Assembly: GCA_019057385.1 (NCBI GenBank)
Contig: JAHQJS010000004.1
Span: 741,062-805,061, forward strand
DNA from: Candidatus Borrarchaeum weybense
GTDB lineage: Archaea > Asgardarchaeota > Sifarchaeia > Borrarchaeales > Borrarchaeaceae
Length of the DNA stretch: 64,000 nt
Reading direction: 5' to 3'
Position numbers and translations under genes: made by a program. The notes under the pieces are model-generated. The model saw only the letters and a program-made list of their open reading frames with translations, searched no databases and was not told the DNA's origin. Of the stretch, positions 27,849-39,182 are shown piece after piece (the stretch's first letter is position 1; every line of letters starts with the position of its first letter).

Positions 27849-28337
27849 TTGGAGGTAAAGAAATTGGTGAAGTTTGATATCAAATACGAAAACGCTTCAG
27901 CATTCAAATATCTGGCATTAGAAGTCAAGGGCGCTTATAGCCAAATTCCAGACAAAATAACGCAATTAATGCAACTAACTGCAGAACAAAACCTCTTTCC
28001 CTCAATGAGGGGTCCAGTGCTTGCTATTTTTTATAATGATCCTAGAGAAGTTGCTAATGTAGATGAATACTTTTGGGCTGTGGGATATCCATGCGCTGAA
28101 ATGGCAAATTTCAAAGCACCTTTGAAACTTAAAGAACGCAAAGAATCATTTGTAGCTAAGGCTACTATCTACGGACCATACGACAAACTTGCAGAAACTT
28201 ATCCATTAATTGAAGAACAAATCACTAAAGATGAATATAAAATACTCTTCTGGAGCCTTGAAATGTATCTCGATGATCCTAGAACAGTAAAACCAGAAAA
28301 TCTACGAACACAAGCTTGGATCGATGTCAAGAAATAG
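27849..28337 (+). CDS. GyrI-like small-molecule-binding protein
   Basis: KGAYSQI, FYNDP, GPYDKL..Y, EMYLDDP..LRT motifs. Confidence 0.85.
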   Translation: MEVKKLVKFDIKYENASAFKYLALEVKGAYSQIPDKITQLMQLTAEQNLFPSMRGPVLAIFYNDPREVANVDEYFWAVGYPCAEMANFKAPLKLKERKESFVAKATIYGPYDKLAETYPLIEEQITKDEYKILFWSLEMYLDDPRTVKPENLRTQAWIDVKK

Positions 28338-28376
28338 CAAAACCTTAATTACATAGGTCGACAAGAAATACCTAGG

Positions 28377-28904
28377 TTGATACATATGGCAGAGAGACTT
28401 ACTCCAAAGATCGATAGAATGATTGATACTCTACAATCTTTGATTTCACAATTACAAGAGATTCGAGGTATAATAATTGGCTTTGGAATGGCTTCTGAAA
28501 CAATACAAGCGGGAGTAAAAGCAGCAGAAACAACTAGAGCTGCAGCCCCGCCTCCTAGAATGGAAGAAACGGCACCGCCACCTCCACCCAAAGTAGTTGA
28601 AGTACCTGAACCTCCAGCTGAATGGAAAGCAAAATTGAAATATGAAGAAATTTCTGAGATCTTCGATAAGAATATCGACGTTATTATGGATTCAAGAAAT
28701 TACCTTGAAGTTAATAAATCACTCGAAACTTTAAGGGATGATATTGAAGAATCTGGTATTATGAAGACATTTCATCCCGCAATGTACGAAATAAATAGCA
28801 CAATAAGAAAATACAAAGCAATGGGTTCTGATCAAGTGTCTCAAGAGGAAAAGGAAAACATTGCGAACGAAATCAGAGAGTGGAAGGTTCGGTTTCTAAA
28901 GTAG
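28377..28904 (+). CDS. Hypothetical protein with Pro-rich linker
   Basis: Long ORF with natural composition; no family recognised. Confidence 0.6.
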   Translation: MIHMAERLTPKIDRMIDTLQSLISQLQEIRGIIIGFGMASETIQAGVKAAETTRAAAPPPRMEETAPPPPPKVVEVPEPPAEWKAKLKYEEISEIFDKNIDVIMDSRNYLEVNKSLETLRDDIEESGIMKTFHPAMYEINSTIRKYKAMGSDQVSQEEKENIANEIREWKVRFLK

Positions 28905-28941
28905 ATTCAACTACCACTTTTAATTTTTCTAATTTTCTGCC

Positions 28942-30767
28942 TCAATCATGTTCTCCAACATATTTAACCGTTGGATTATGGATACTTTTCCAATTTACTT
29001 CAAATTCTCCAAAGTAATCTAATATACCTGTAAGTTTTATTGGGAAATCATAGTTTTGTTTCATCCAATTTTCAATAAACTTAAGTTGCAACTCTCCTTT
29101 ATCATCTTTTGAGAATAATGAGATCAGAGACTCCCTAAATTGGATTAAAGTTGCCTTTTTAAGGCAGAGGAGATGTGGTATACAAATCAATTCATTTTGT
29201 GAAAGGATTTCAACTATTGCTGGGACTTCTAGACATTTTTGCAATTCCTCAGCCGAATAGCAGTTTAGAATGCTGAATAACTCTTCCATTGAAAGATATT
29301 TTTTATTCTCTAATGCGTTCTCAATTTTTTTAGCTATTTCATTAGTTTGATTAGTTATAAGTTTCAGTCGATTGCTAAAATCAGAGAAACTCTTTTCTAG
29401 GATGTTAAGAATTTCTATACTTTTGATTCCCTTTGATGAATAAAAAACAGTTGGAAATCCCAAATCCTCTTTGAAGAAGTCTTTATACTTCTTATCGATC
29501 AATAAAATCAATTTAATAGTTGGCGATGTGTACTCTTTTAGAATCCTTAATTTTTCCCTTTTTTTCTTCTTATAACGTTCCGTCCAGAATCCAATGATCT
29601 CTAAATAAACCTTAACATTACTTCTCATCAACGCAAAATCTGGTATAAAGAGGGTGCCAGTCTCAGGAACTATGATCGGTTCAGGCTCGTGAACCACTTC
29701 CCATCCTTTTGGAACTTCTTTTTCGAAGAAATTAAAAAATTTTTCCTCAACTAAGCTATCAAACACTGGTTTTTCATCAAATTTTTCTACAAATTCGGGC
29801 TTCAGGTATGTGGCCTGAAGAGGGAATTCATTTACCTCCGATGAGACAAGATAAGACCTATCTCTATGAAGAACTTTTATTTCAAAATTAAATTCATTCT
29901 TGCTTTTTAACAGTGATCTAATTATCTGGTGAAAGATGATTGATAGCCTCTCGCCATAATTATGAAATTTCTTCTTAGATAATCCCATCAAAAGAGATTT
30001 CACTCCTCTTTTTACATTTAATCTTGTGGATCGTCATTATAAACCCCATATATGCGTACATGTAGAATCGACTGCGTATCATAGTTCATGTCATAAAATA
30101 ATCCATATCTTTTGCAGAGCCAGTGGAGTCTCTTCGCAAAAGTACCTGTAGCATCTTTCACTTGAAATTTAATACTTAATGAATTTTTAACGAGAGTATC
30201 AATCACATTCCAATTGTAAGTATTTACTATATCTATTATAGTAGGAGGCTGATCCTTTGTACAAATTAATCTTTGATTATTTTCATCATCAAGCCAAAGT
30301 AGTTCTTCCAGTATTTGGATATCAACAGCAAAGAAGTCTGCTATCTTTTTTAAAAATGCGTCTTTGTTTTCTTTCGATAAAAATCCTGACTTATCAGAAT
30401 TAATTTTGTTAAAAAGAAAAACTCTAAGTTTATCCGGTGAAGTAATACCCTCTTTTAAGAAATTTGAAGATTTGGATTCAAAAGCATCGAAAGCCGGTGC
30501 TTGAAACTCATAATAACGTCCAAGGGTGAGAAAAACACAACTGCCAATTTTGTAATCCTCAAAAGACTCAATGATCTTATTTCTATCGAAAAACTCTCTT
30601 TTTAGACCTTGAGTGATAAAATTATCGAAAAACTCAATTGTCGCCTTGATCTTGACAGTAAAATCATGATCTTGGCTTGAAAGAAAAAAGGGCTGTAGAT
30701 ACTTGTTATTGTGTATTTTCTTTAGTTTATATTTGAGGAGACGAATTGGAAATCCCATAGAGCTCAA
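28942..30767 (-). pseudogene. bax1: Bax1/DUF790 endonuclease split by an apparent one-base frameshift near 30020
   Basis: C-terminal part has EPEP..IPDF..VYLEIIGFWT..Y; N-terminal part has YNWNVIDTL..KRYGLFY; one extra base at GATTAAAT joins the two frames. Confidence 0.7.
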
Positions 30768-30787
30768 AGCCCATGAGTTTTAATGAT

Positions 30788-31234
30788 TTAAGGCTCACAA
30801 GCATGGTCATGATGATCTTCATCTTTGGGGCCTGGTCTGGGTCTTCCTTCCCTTTTAGCTCGGTAGTCTTCGATAGCCGCGTGAAGCGCATCTGCTGCCA
30901 AATTCGAGCAGTGCATTTTTCTTGGTGGTAAACCATCTAATTCCGTAGCAACATCACTACGTGTTAACTTCATTGCTTCATCAAGGGTCATTCCTATTGC
31001 TAACTCAGTAGTCATACTGGAGGTCGCAATTGCACTACCGCACCCAAACGTCTTGAATTTGATGTCTTTAATTATTTCCGTTTCTGGATCGACGCGAACG
31101 TAAAACTCCATCAAATCCCCACAGACTGGGTTCCCAACTTTTCCGATACCGACGTCCTCGTCGTCTGCCAACTCTCCAACATTTCTTGGATTTCTAAAAT
31201 GATCTAAAACTTTTTCGGAATAAATACCTGCCAC
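30788..31234 (-). CDS. iscU: Fe-S cluster scaffold IscU/NifU
   Basis: YSEKVLDHFRNPRNVG, GNPVCGD, FGCGSAIA, KMHCSNLA. Confidence 0.95.
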   Translation of the reverse strand: MAGIYSEKVLDHFRNPRNVGELADDEDVGIGKVGNPVCGDLMEFYVRVDPETEIIKDIKFKTFGCGSAIATSSMTTELAIGMTLDEAMKLTRSDVATELDGLPPRKMHCSNLAADALHAAIEDYRAKREGRPRPGPKDEDHHDHACEP

Positions 31235-31237
31235 TTT

Positions 31238-32449
31238 TTAAGCCTCCTTCAGCTCTTTCGGAGTTAACGGTGATAAAGTCCGTAATCTTTTGACAATAGG
31301 GGGCAAAGCCTCAATTACGCGATCTGCATCTTCTTCTTTCGTCCATCTTCCCATCGTAAATAGAATTGACCCATGAATCAATTCATGAGGTAAGCCGCAA
31401 GCTCTAAGCACATGAGAAGGTTCTAGAGTTTTAGCAGCACATGCTGAGCCCGAACTGCATGCAATACCCTTTTCGTCTAGGTCAAGGATAAGAGACTCAC
31501 CTTCAATATAACTAAACCTTACGTGAACATTATTTGGAAGTCTTTTAGTAGGGTGACCATTTAAATATGATTCGGGGATGTTGTCCAAAATTCCAGAAAT
31601 AATTTTGTCCCTAATTCTTTCTATGTGTTTGTTTTCTTGCGTCATTTCTTCTTGGATAAGTTCAGCTGCTTTTCCAAATCCAACTATACTGGGAATATCT
31701 TCAGTACCGCTTCTAATTCCTCTTTCTTGTCCTCCACCTTGCAGAACACCCTGAATACTCACGCCTTTTCGAACATAAAGTGCTCCTGTTCCTTTAGGTC
31801 CATAGAGATCGTTTGAAGAAAAAGATAGAAGATCAATATTCTCATCTATAACATTTATTGGGATCTTTCCAATTGCGGCTACGCCATCTGTATGAAGGAA
31901 TATCTTATTTTCTCGTGTTATCTTCCCAATTTCCTTAATAGGTTGTATTGAACCGACTTCACCATTTGCGTACATTACAGAGACTAAAAATGTTTTTTCA
32001 GTTATTGCGTCACTAATAGCACCGGGATCTACCATTGCATATTCATCCACAGGTATTACAGTTACTTCAAAACCCTCTTTCATAAGCGCTTTAGTGATGT
32101 TTATTACAGACATATGTTCTACAGCCGTGGTGATGATATGGTTCTTACCTCTAGAGCGATATGCAGTACCCTTTATTGCGATATTGCTACTCTCGGTTGC
32201 GCCTGATGTAAAGATAATCTCGCGTTTCGGATCTTCAGCACCGATTAGTTGGCCTATCTTGTTTCGGGCCTCTTCCATTGGTTCTCTCACTTCAGCGCCA
32301 AATGAGTGAAAAGAAGCGGGATTTCCATATTTTCTAGTAAAAAAAGGCATCATAGCCTCAACAACTCTAGGATCAACTGGTGATGAAGCAGTATAATCCA
32401 TATAAACACGTGTGTCATCCGCTGACATTTCCATTAGCCCCCAAATCAT
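31238..32449 (-). CDS. iscS: Cysteine desulfurase IscS/NifS
   Basis: YGNPAS, FTSGATES, GGGQERGIRSGT, SSGSAC. The PLP-lysine motif reads SSNDLYGPKG rather than SxHKxYGPKG. Confidence 0.85.
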   Translation of the reverse strand: MIWGLMEMSADDTRVYMDYTASSPVDPRVVEAMMPFFTRKYGNPASFHSFGAEVREPMEEARNKIGQLIGAEDPKREIIFTSGATESSNIAIKGTAYRSRGKNHIITTAVEHMSVINITKALMKEGFEVTVIPVDEYAMVDPGAISDAITEKTFLVSVMYANGEVGSIQPIKEIGKITRENKIFLHTDGVAAIGKIPINVIDENIDLLSFSSNDLYGPKGTGALYVRKGVSIQGVLQGGGQERGIRSGTEDIPSIVGFGKAAELIQEEMTQENKHIERIRDKIISGILDNIPESYLNGHPTKRLPNNVHVRFSYIEGESLILDLDEKGIACSSGSACAAKTLEPSHVLRACGLPHELIHGSILFTMGRWTKEEDADRVIEALPPIVKRLRTLSPLTPKELKEA

Positions 32450-32558
32450 TCAAGATATAATTTGTTTTGAGATTATTTTATCATATATTATTTTACTTCT
32501 TATTTTAATTGCGATAGAACCACAAAGAAAATTAAAATGAGTAGATCTTATAGTCTCT

Positions 32559-33914
32559 TTATTTCCTTCGGGATGCGGTTGAGACCTCAAGTGTTTCCTT
32601 TGTTACAAGTTCGTATAGGATTGCCTTTGAATGTGTGTTAGAAGGTCGTAAAATTCTCCCTAGCCTCTGAATGAACTGTCTTTTTGAACCTGACCCGCTA
32701 ATGATTATCCCTATGTTAGCATCAACATCCCATCCTTCGTCCAACACTCGTCCAGTAACAAGTTTAGAGTACTGACCGTTTTTAAAACTCTCCAAGTATA
32801 TTTTTCGTTCTTCAAACTTGGTTTTGTGTGTGATTTCGGGGATGAGAAACCTCTTTGCTATCTCGTGAACTATCTCGTTAAATTCACAAAAGATAATGAC
32901 TCTATCATGTTGATGCTGTATCAAGAGTCCTTCAAGTACATCCAATTTTCGTCCGCTGCCAAATGAAATCTTTCTGGCCTCTTGGCGTGCTAAAAGTGCC
33001 TCTCTAGCTTTCTTGTCTCGTCCAGACCTTAGAACTAATTTTTCAAAATCAAAAACATGGTATTTTTTAACATAATCCTTGTATATTTTGTCTAAATCAT
33101 TATATCTTCTTTGTTCATCCTCTGATAATTCTATTGTTATTGTTTTTAGCTCAAAAGGTGCGACATACCCATTTTCTACTAATTCTTTATGTTCAAGTCT
33201 AAAAACCACTTTTCCTACCAGAATCTCAAGATCAAGATGTAACTCATCACTTCTTTCTGGAGTTGCACTCAGTCCTAATCTTTTTGAAGCGATTGTCCCT
33301 TCTGCAATTGCACGATAAGTTGGAGCAGGCAGATGATGCACTTCATCGAAAATAAGGAGGTCAAAAGAGTTTTGAAAGCGTTTCACGTATATGTGAGCAG
33401 AGTCGTATGTAGTAATAGTGATGTCGCCTAATTCCTGCTTCCCTCCACCCCAAATACCAATATTTTCCTTTGATACTCCTATATGCTCAACAATTGCTGA
33501 TCGCCATTGATACAATAGATTTATGGTCGGAACAATAACCAGCGTTCTATTCTTTGTATAGTGAATCGCTTCAAGACCCATGAATGTTTTCCCAGTACCT
33601 GTAGGAAGGCAAATTATACCTCTGAACTTGTTTTCAATCCATTTACTTAACGCATCTTCCTGATAAGGGCGGAGAGAATATTTAGAGACCGTTTCAAAAC
33701 TAAGTTTTTCTCCATAAGTAAAATCGATTTTCACAGCATATTCTGAAGTAAGAAATTGCATAATCTCTGGAAAAAACATAGGTAGTGCTTTAAAATTCTT
33801 GAATTTTGCATCATATTCTAACAGATGTTGTATAGGGGTTACATCGAGAAAAACGTGAGGTTGAAGAATAAGATCGTAATTTATTAACTTAAGAGAAACA
33901 TCATAAGAATCCAA
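32559..33914 (-). CDS. xpb: XPB/Rad25-like SF2 helicase
   Basis: LRPYQ, LPTGTGKT, DEVHH, LSATPER, QRLGRILR; Bax1-like gene downstream. Confidence 0.85.
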   Translation of the reverse strand: MDSYDVSLKLINYDLILQPHVFLDVTPIQHLLEYDAKFKNFKALPMFFPEIMQFLTSEYAVKIDFTYGEKLSFETVSKYSLRPYQEDALSKWIENKFRGIICLPTGTGKTFMGLEAIHYTKNRTLVIVPTINLLYQWRSAIVEHIGVSKENIGIWGGGKQELGDITITTYDSAHIYVKRFQNSFDLLIFDEVHHLPAPTYRAIAEGTIASKRLGLSATPERSDELHLDLEILVGKVVFRLEHKELVENGYVAPFELKTITIELSEDEQRRYNDLDKIYKDYVKKYHVFDFEKLVLRSGRDKKAREALLARQEARKISFGSGRKLDVLEGLLIQHQHDRVIIFCEFNEIVHEIAKRFLIPEITHKTKFEERKIYLESFKNGQYSKLVTGRVLDEGWDVDANIGIIISGSGSKRQFIQRLGRILRPSNTHSKAILYELVTKETLEVSTASRRK

Positions 33915-34027
33915 AAGCAGCAGCTCACATTTTTAGTTTTGTATATTAATTATCATAAGAACATAAAAACTAAATCATTTAAACTCCCCTTAAGGGAGGT
34001 TTTCTTCAGGTTGAAGTTTTAATGGGC

Positions 34028-34981
34028 TTATTCACTAGCTGCAGTTTTCAACGACTTTATAAAATTAATTATGAACTTCAAGCTTGTTGCAGCAGTTCTT
34101 TTGCTAACTGATTTTCCATCATATTTCACAATATTCGTCAATAGTTTTTCTACAACGCCATTCGAACTCTGAAGTTCAGTTGGATGAGTTTTTTTTATGA
34201 TCTGAACTGCAATTTTGAGATTTAAGAGACATTCTTCACAGTTATCTTCTTGAAAAGATTGTGCGGCCTGTTTTAAGTATATTATCTCCATTTGGACAGG
34301 TAATTCAGCTTGAACCGGCTTCTCTTCCACTTGGTCAGGTATTTCTTCTGATTTGACCATTTCATCCATTTGGATTTCTTGTTTTTTATCTCTTTGGATA
34401 AGCTCTTCTTCAATAAGGTTCATATGACCGGTATGATTTGACCAAATTTTATGTAACGTCTCTTGATTGATTTCAAAACCACAGCGCGTACATAATACAG
34501 TATCAAGCTCAAGGTGTTCCGCACAATTTGGACATGAATAATATCCCTCAGATATTTCAAGTTCTTCGATTGGTATGCTTTCTACAGTTATCGTTGCCCC
34601 AGGAACTGTCATTTGAGTCGGCAATCTATTTACAGAAAAGCTTACCTGCATATCACCTATTGAAACATGTTCACAAGTGGAATATGGATGGAGAGTAATT
34701 GAATACTGAAAAGAATGTTGTTTCGTGGGGGGAGTAATACCTTGATGAATGAATTGCATAGAGTCAATTTCTGTAACTGGGAAAAGTTCAACCTCATGAG
34801 CGGGTTGGATATCTCCCTCAGTGATATAAAGTGATTCTATGGGATGCTGTGTTGTATTTGTAACCAAGATTTGTACATTGATAGTATTGCCTGGAAGGAT
34901 CATATCTGTCGAGAGTGATCTTGTAACTTCTAAAGGAAGAACCTTTTTTACGTTGCTTTGTGACACATACTCTCCATCCAA
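34028..34981 (-). CDS. Hypothetical protein with Ig-like N-terminus and Zn ribbon
   Basis: Beta-rich N-terminal region; CPNC..CTRC. Confidence 0.6.
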   Translation of the reverse strand: MDGEYVSQSNVKKVLPLEVTRSLSTDMILPGNTINVQILVTNTTQHPIESLYITEGDIQPAHEVELFPVTEIDSMQFIHQGITPPTKQHSFQYSITLHPYSTCEHVSIGDMQVSFSVNRLPTQMTVPGATITVESIPIEELEISEGYYSCPNCAEHLELDTVLCTRCGFEINQETLHKIWSNHTGHMNLIEEELIQRDKKQEIQMDEMVKSEEIPDQVEEKPVQAELPVQMEIIYLKQAAQSFQEDNCEECLLNLKIAVQIIKKTHPTELQSSNGVVEKLLTNIVKYDGKSVSKRTAATSLKFIINFIKSLKTAASE

Positions 34982-35287
34982 GTAGTCTTATCATTTTTTC
35001 TTTAATTACACATATAACCTTTGCTAAGAAATGAGAATTTAGATTTTTGTCTCTAGAAAATAGCGACATAAGAACTAAAGCATTTAATATGCTCTTTACA
35101 ATATCCATGGAGTCAAAAAGTTATTTTAAATCTTGTGAAAAAATTCTACACATTTTGTTTTATTAGAAAAAAGAAAATGAATTAGCTTTTATTGTATAAG
35201 ATAGATAGTTTAGTTTTGTTATTGCCAATAGGTTCGACGCACTTCACTTAACGTGGAAAAAATGGGGCGCCACGCTTACTGGTGTCT

Positions 35288-35569
35288 TTATTTCTTTTTC
35301 AACGTGATTTCGATAGTACTTACGCTTCGAGTTCTTCCCCCTTCTTCGGCTAACTCCTCACTATCAATCTCGATCTTATCGACAAAAACGATGTCTTTCA
35401 TAAAACGCTGTCTCACGATCTCGGCGACATCTACTGCTGTCGATATAGATCGACCTCTAGCTTTAAGCGTACAGAAGTCAGATCCTTGATTGAGTTGAGT
35501 GACGACTGCAAGGACGTAGTTCATTACAGGCTTGCGCCCGATGTATATGTTGTTGTCTCTTCCGGACAT
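35288..35569 (-). CDS. albA: Chromatin protein Alba, copy 2
   Basis: [38 protein letters not shown]. Confidence 0.96.
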   Translation of the reverse strand: MSGRDNNIYIGRKPVMNYVLAVVTQLNQGSDFCTLKARGRSISTAVDVAEIVRQRFMKDIVFVDKIEIDSEELAEEGGRTRSVSTIEITLKKK

Positions 35570-35936
35570 ATGGACATTCCTCCGTTCTCAAACAGGTTTG
35601 TTTTTTTATTGTGTATTAAGGTATTTTTGAGTTTTTTACTTCTTCTTAGTAAGCGTAATTTCCATAGTACTTACGCTTCGAGTTCTTCCCCCTTCTTCGG
35701 CTAACTCCTCACTATCAATCTCGATCTTATCGACAAAAACGATGTCTTTCATAAAACGCTGTCTCACGATCTCGGCGACATCTACTGCTGTCGATATAGA
35801 TCGACCTCTAGCTTTAAGCGTACAGAAGTCAGATCCTTGATTGAGTTGAGTGACGACTGCAAGGACGTAGTTCATTACAGGCTTGCGCCCGATGTATATG
35901 TTGTTGTCTCTTCCGGACATATGGACATTCCTCCGT
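35313..35936. repeat. 273-bp direct repeat (35313-35585 and 35664-35936)
   Basis: Identical by eye over most of both alba genes plus the SD region; offset 351 bp. Confidence 0.9.
35636..35920 (-). CDS. albA: Chromatin protein Alba, copy 1
   Basis: Same motifs; nucleotide-identical to the neighbouring copy except at the 3' end. Confidence 0.96.
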   Translation of the reverse strand: MSGRDNNIYIGRKPVMNYVLAVVTQLNQGSDFCTLKARGRSISTAVDVAEIVRQRFMKDIVFVDKIEIDSEELAEEGGRTRSVSTMEITLTKKK

Positions 35937-36131
35937 GTTTTACATTGATTTAGATGTATTCTGATAGCGCACTATTTTTGATACCATCAACTTATATTAT
36001 TGCATTATTTAAGCCTATGTAAACTTCTAAAACCTTAGTCATTTCTGTTTTTTAAGTGTTGTTAGAAATTATCACACAATATATAATTCAGTATTTAGAG
36101 TATCTATAAAGAATGTAAAAGAGGCATTCAT

Positions 36132-38555
36132 ATGATTAACTTGAAAAAAGATTTTCTAGGTTCTTCTCTTATAATACTCATTCTTTTAAGCTTTATCATC
36201 ATATTTCCCTTTCAATCTGAACATCAATTTTCAACGCTTCCTCCTAAAAGTATAGAAAATAGTCAAAGTATATATGACCACTCTTATATGCCAATAATCG
36301 ATGATTCTCTCTTAACAATGCTAGAAAATGATGCAGATAAATCGATCGATTTAATCATTACCTTTGGTGGAGATAATTCACACACAAAACCTAAGCAAAT
36401 ACTGAAACAGATACTTGGTGATGATTTTGCCAAACTAGATGTAAAATATGACCTTGAAATAATTGATGCTGTGCTTGTCAACGCTCCAGTTAATATTGTC
36501 CCCCGTCTTGCAGAAAACAATCTTGTGAGTGGCATTTGGGAAGATAAGAAAGTAACTGCTCTAAAAAGTGCAGATAGAATAATTGATTCTCAAATCGATT
36601 CATATCTTGATGAAAGCACAGGTTTAATAGGTGCTGAGGAAGTTTGGGCGCAAGGATTCGATGGTAATGGGATTATAGTTGCTATAGTTGATACCGGAAT
36701 CGATTCTACACACCCAGATTTATCTGGAAAGGTAACAGCGGCAAAATCCTTTGTTCAAGGAGAAGATACACAAGATTATGATGGTCATGGTACCCATGTA
36801 GCTGGAATTGTAGCGGGAACGGGGGTAGCGTCTTCTGGGAATTATAAAGGAATTGCTCCCGGAGCTTCACTGGTCAATGCAAAGGCTTTGGATAAAACGG
36901 GTGCAGGAACAGTGTCTGATGTGATTGAAGCGATTGAATGGGCTTCAGATAAATCAGACATAATTTGTTTAAGCCTAGGCGCACCAGGGTCTCCAAACGA
37001 TCCACTTGCACAAACAGTAAATACAGCGGTAGAAAACGGAGTTATTGTTTGTGCTGCTGTTGGGAATGATGGTGACTTGGGATATATGACCGCTATGACT
37101 CCTGCCATTGCCTCAAAAGCGATTTCTGTTGGTGCTACAGTTGGGGATTTAGAGGTTGCATCTTTTAGTAGCAAAGGCATTGCCCCTGATGGAAGGAGTG
37201 ATCCAGATATCGTTGCACCAGGGTATCAAATTACTTCTACAGCATCTAGTAAAATCACTTCTTCAGATTATATTACTTGGAGTGGAACAAGTTTTTCTAC
37301 ACCTATGGTAGCTGGGGCAGCAGCATTACTACTTGATGCTACGGACAATTTGACTCCTGAGGGCGTTAAAGCAGCATTACTTGAATCTGCAACGGATTTG
37401 GATACCGATCCTAATGCACAGGGAGCTGGTCTTGTTAATGTAGAGGCCGCTTATCAGCTAATACAAAATAATGATAATTTGGTAACAATAACGCCTAATG
37501 TATTTCCAAGTGCGCCTTATGCCCCTGATGGAATTGTTTTTCCTGGAGATGCATTTGCATTTGATGTGGAGATAATATCAAATGAACTACTTTCCGACGT
37601 GACTGTGGGCTTTGAAGGTCTTGCGTGGTCTTTTGTCAAGGCTACACCTTCTTCCATTAGTAGTGTAGACAGATATGCCATTGTTACTGTATCAGTCATA
37701 ATTCCGCCAGTGGCAGTTCCATTTACTTACTCAGGACGTTTGGTAGTTAAAGAGGCAGGAACGACAGTTGCGTCAAGTCAAATTGACTTGGAAGTTAGAG
37801 CTCCTATTGCTAGAGTTCTGTGGGATCAATCACATGATGCAGATGGATATTTTGGATACTATTATGGCGACAGTCCTTATAGTATGTTTTACAAATACTA
37901 TGAAATACTCACAAAGCAAGGAATTGATTTGGATGTAACGACTGGAACACTAACTAGTAGTTCATTAAGTGGATATGATGCATTAATACTTCCTGACCCA
38001 GAAACAATGCTTCAAAGCAGTGAAATCTCTTCAATTAAGAATTTTGTTTCTTCAGGAGGAGATTTACTTGTCCTTTCGAATCCTCCGGGCAGTATTGTTG
38101 TGGGGGATACAGATATAAATGATGTAATACTTGATTTCTCAAGTTTAAATCAACTAACTGAGGTTTATGGAATCACTTGTATTCCAACAGTTGTGGAGGC
38201 AGACGAATTAACACTTTCAGATCACACTATTACAAGGAATGTTCAATCAGTATTTTATTTAGGTTGCGCATTAAGTGTTAACAGTCCAGCCAAATCAATC
38301 GGAAAAGCGGGTTCATATGACGTTCTTGCAGTTTGGGAGAGTGGACTTAGCAAAGTGTTGGTGTTTGGATCGGAGTTGGATTTCTGGGATCTTCTGATTG
38401 ATATCGAGGGATTCTCCCATACTCAACTGGCGAAAAACACCGTAACATGGTTAACATTTCCGTCTACGCTATTAATTGTTTATATAGTTCTTATCGTTGT
38501 CCCAATAATACTTGTAAGCATTTATCTCTACAGACGTTCAAAAAAACAGTTCTAG
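36132..38555 (+). CDS. Membrane-anchored S8 subtilisin-like serine protease
   Basis: Triad motifs VDTGID, HGTHVAG, GTSFSTP; N-terminal signal, C-terminal TM. Confidence 0.93.
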   Translation: MINLKKDFLGSSLIILILLSFIIIFPFQSEHQFSTLPPKSIENSQSIYDHSYMPIIDDSLLTMLENDADKSIDLIITFGGDNSHTKPKQILKQILGDDFAKLDVKYDLEIIDAVLVNAPVNIVPRLAENNLVSGIWEDKKVTALKSADRIIDSQIDSYLDESTGLIGAEEVWAQGFDGNGIIVAIVDTGIDSTHPDLSGKVTAAKSFVQGEDTQDYDGHGTHVAGIVAGTGVASSGNYKGIAPGASLVNAKALDKTGAGTVSDVIEAIEWASDKSDIICLSLGAPGSPNDPLAQTVNTAVENGVIVCAAVGNDGDLGYMTAMTPAIASKAISVGATVGDLEVASFSSKGIAPDGRSDPDIVAPGYQITSTASSKITSSDYITWSGTSFSTPMVAGAAALLLDATDNLTPEGVKAALLESATDLDTDPNAQGAGLVNVEAAYQLIQNNDNLVTITPNVFPSAPYAPDGIVFPGDAFAFDVEIISNELLSDVTVGFEGLAWSFVKATPSSISSVDRYAIVTVSVIIPPVAVPFTYSGRLVVKEAGTTVASSQIDLEVRAPIARVLWDQSHDADGYFGYYYGDSPYSMFYKYYEILTKQGIDLDVTTGTLTSSSLSGYDALILPDPETMLQSSEISSIKNFVSSGGDLLVLSNPPGSIVVGDTDINDVILDFSSLNQLTEVYGITCIPTVVEADELTLSDHTITRNVQSVFYLGCALSVNSPAKSIGKAGSYDVLAVWESGLSKVLVFGSELDFWDLLIDIEGFSHTQLAKNTVTWLTFPSTLLIVYIVLIVVPIILVSIYLYRRSKKQF

Positions 38556-38725
38556 CATTATGAAAAAGCCTAAATAATAAAGTAGTGCTTTCCCTTTGCA
38601 GTCATGAAGCAAATATTAACATATAAGAAATAATATTTTCCTCTAAAATGTCACAAAAAACAGAAATAGAAACAAAGAAAAAGCTGTTTTGCAGTTAATA
38701 CATGTAGTAACAAGCATATAGACAG

Positions 38726-38980
38726 GTGATAAATGTGGTTGTTGGAACTATCAATAAAATTACAGGCATACTTTACATTATGGCGGGTATAATCTTAATG
38801 GTAATAGGCGTAATTCTCGTCCAGCTAATACAGAATCTTTTACCTGTTATAGCGGCCTTTACTGGTTTTACTGTGCCTACAGAATATTTTTATGCTATAG
38901 CAGCACTTCTGATCCTTCCATGGATTTTCTTTATCATCCACGGAATCGCACATTATCTTATTGGTCGTCAAATAGAGTAG
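38726..38980 (+). CDS. Small membrane protein
   Basis: Two hydrophobic helices. Confidence 0.55.
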   Translation: MINVVVGTINKITGILYIMAGIILMVIGVILVQLIQNLLPVIAAFTGFTVPTEYFYAIAALLILPWIFFIIHGIAHYLIGRQIE

Positions 38981-39182
38981 CAAAGCAAAGCAAAGCTGCT
39001 CTTTCAAAATTCTTTTTTGAACTTTTATTTTAATGGGAACCTTTTTTTGACTCGTTTAAAGCCCTTTTTTTCTAAATTATTGTGCGGAAGAATTTTCTAC
39101 ATAAGCGGAAGGATTTTCCACATTCTATAAATAAAATAATGAGAGATTTCAATCAAAAAAGAACAGTACAGGATTTGCTCAA

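Noticed and set aside
30003-30045. Possible 41-nt archaeal intron in bax1
   Set aside because: No bulge-helix-bulge seen; a single-base indel is simpler
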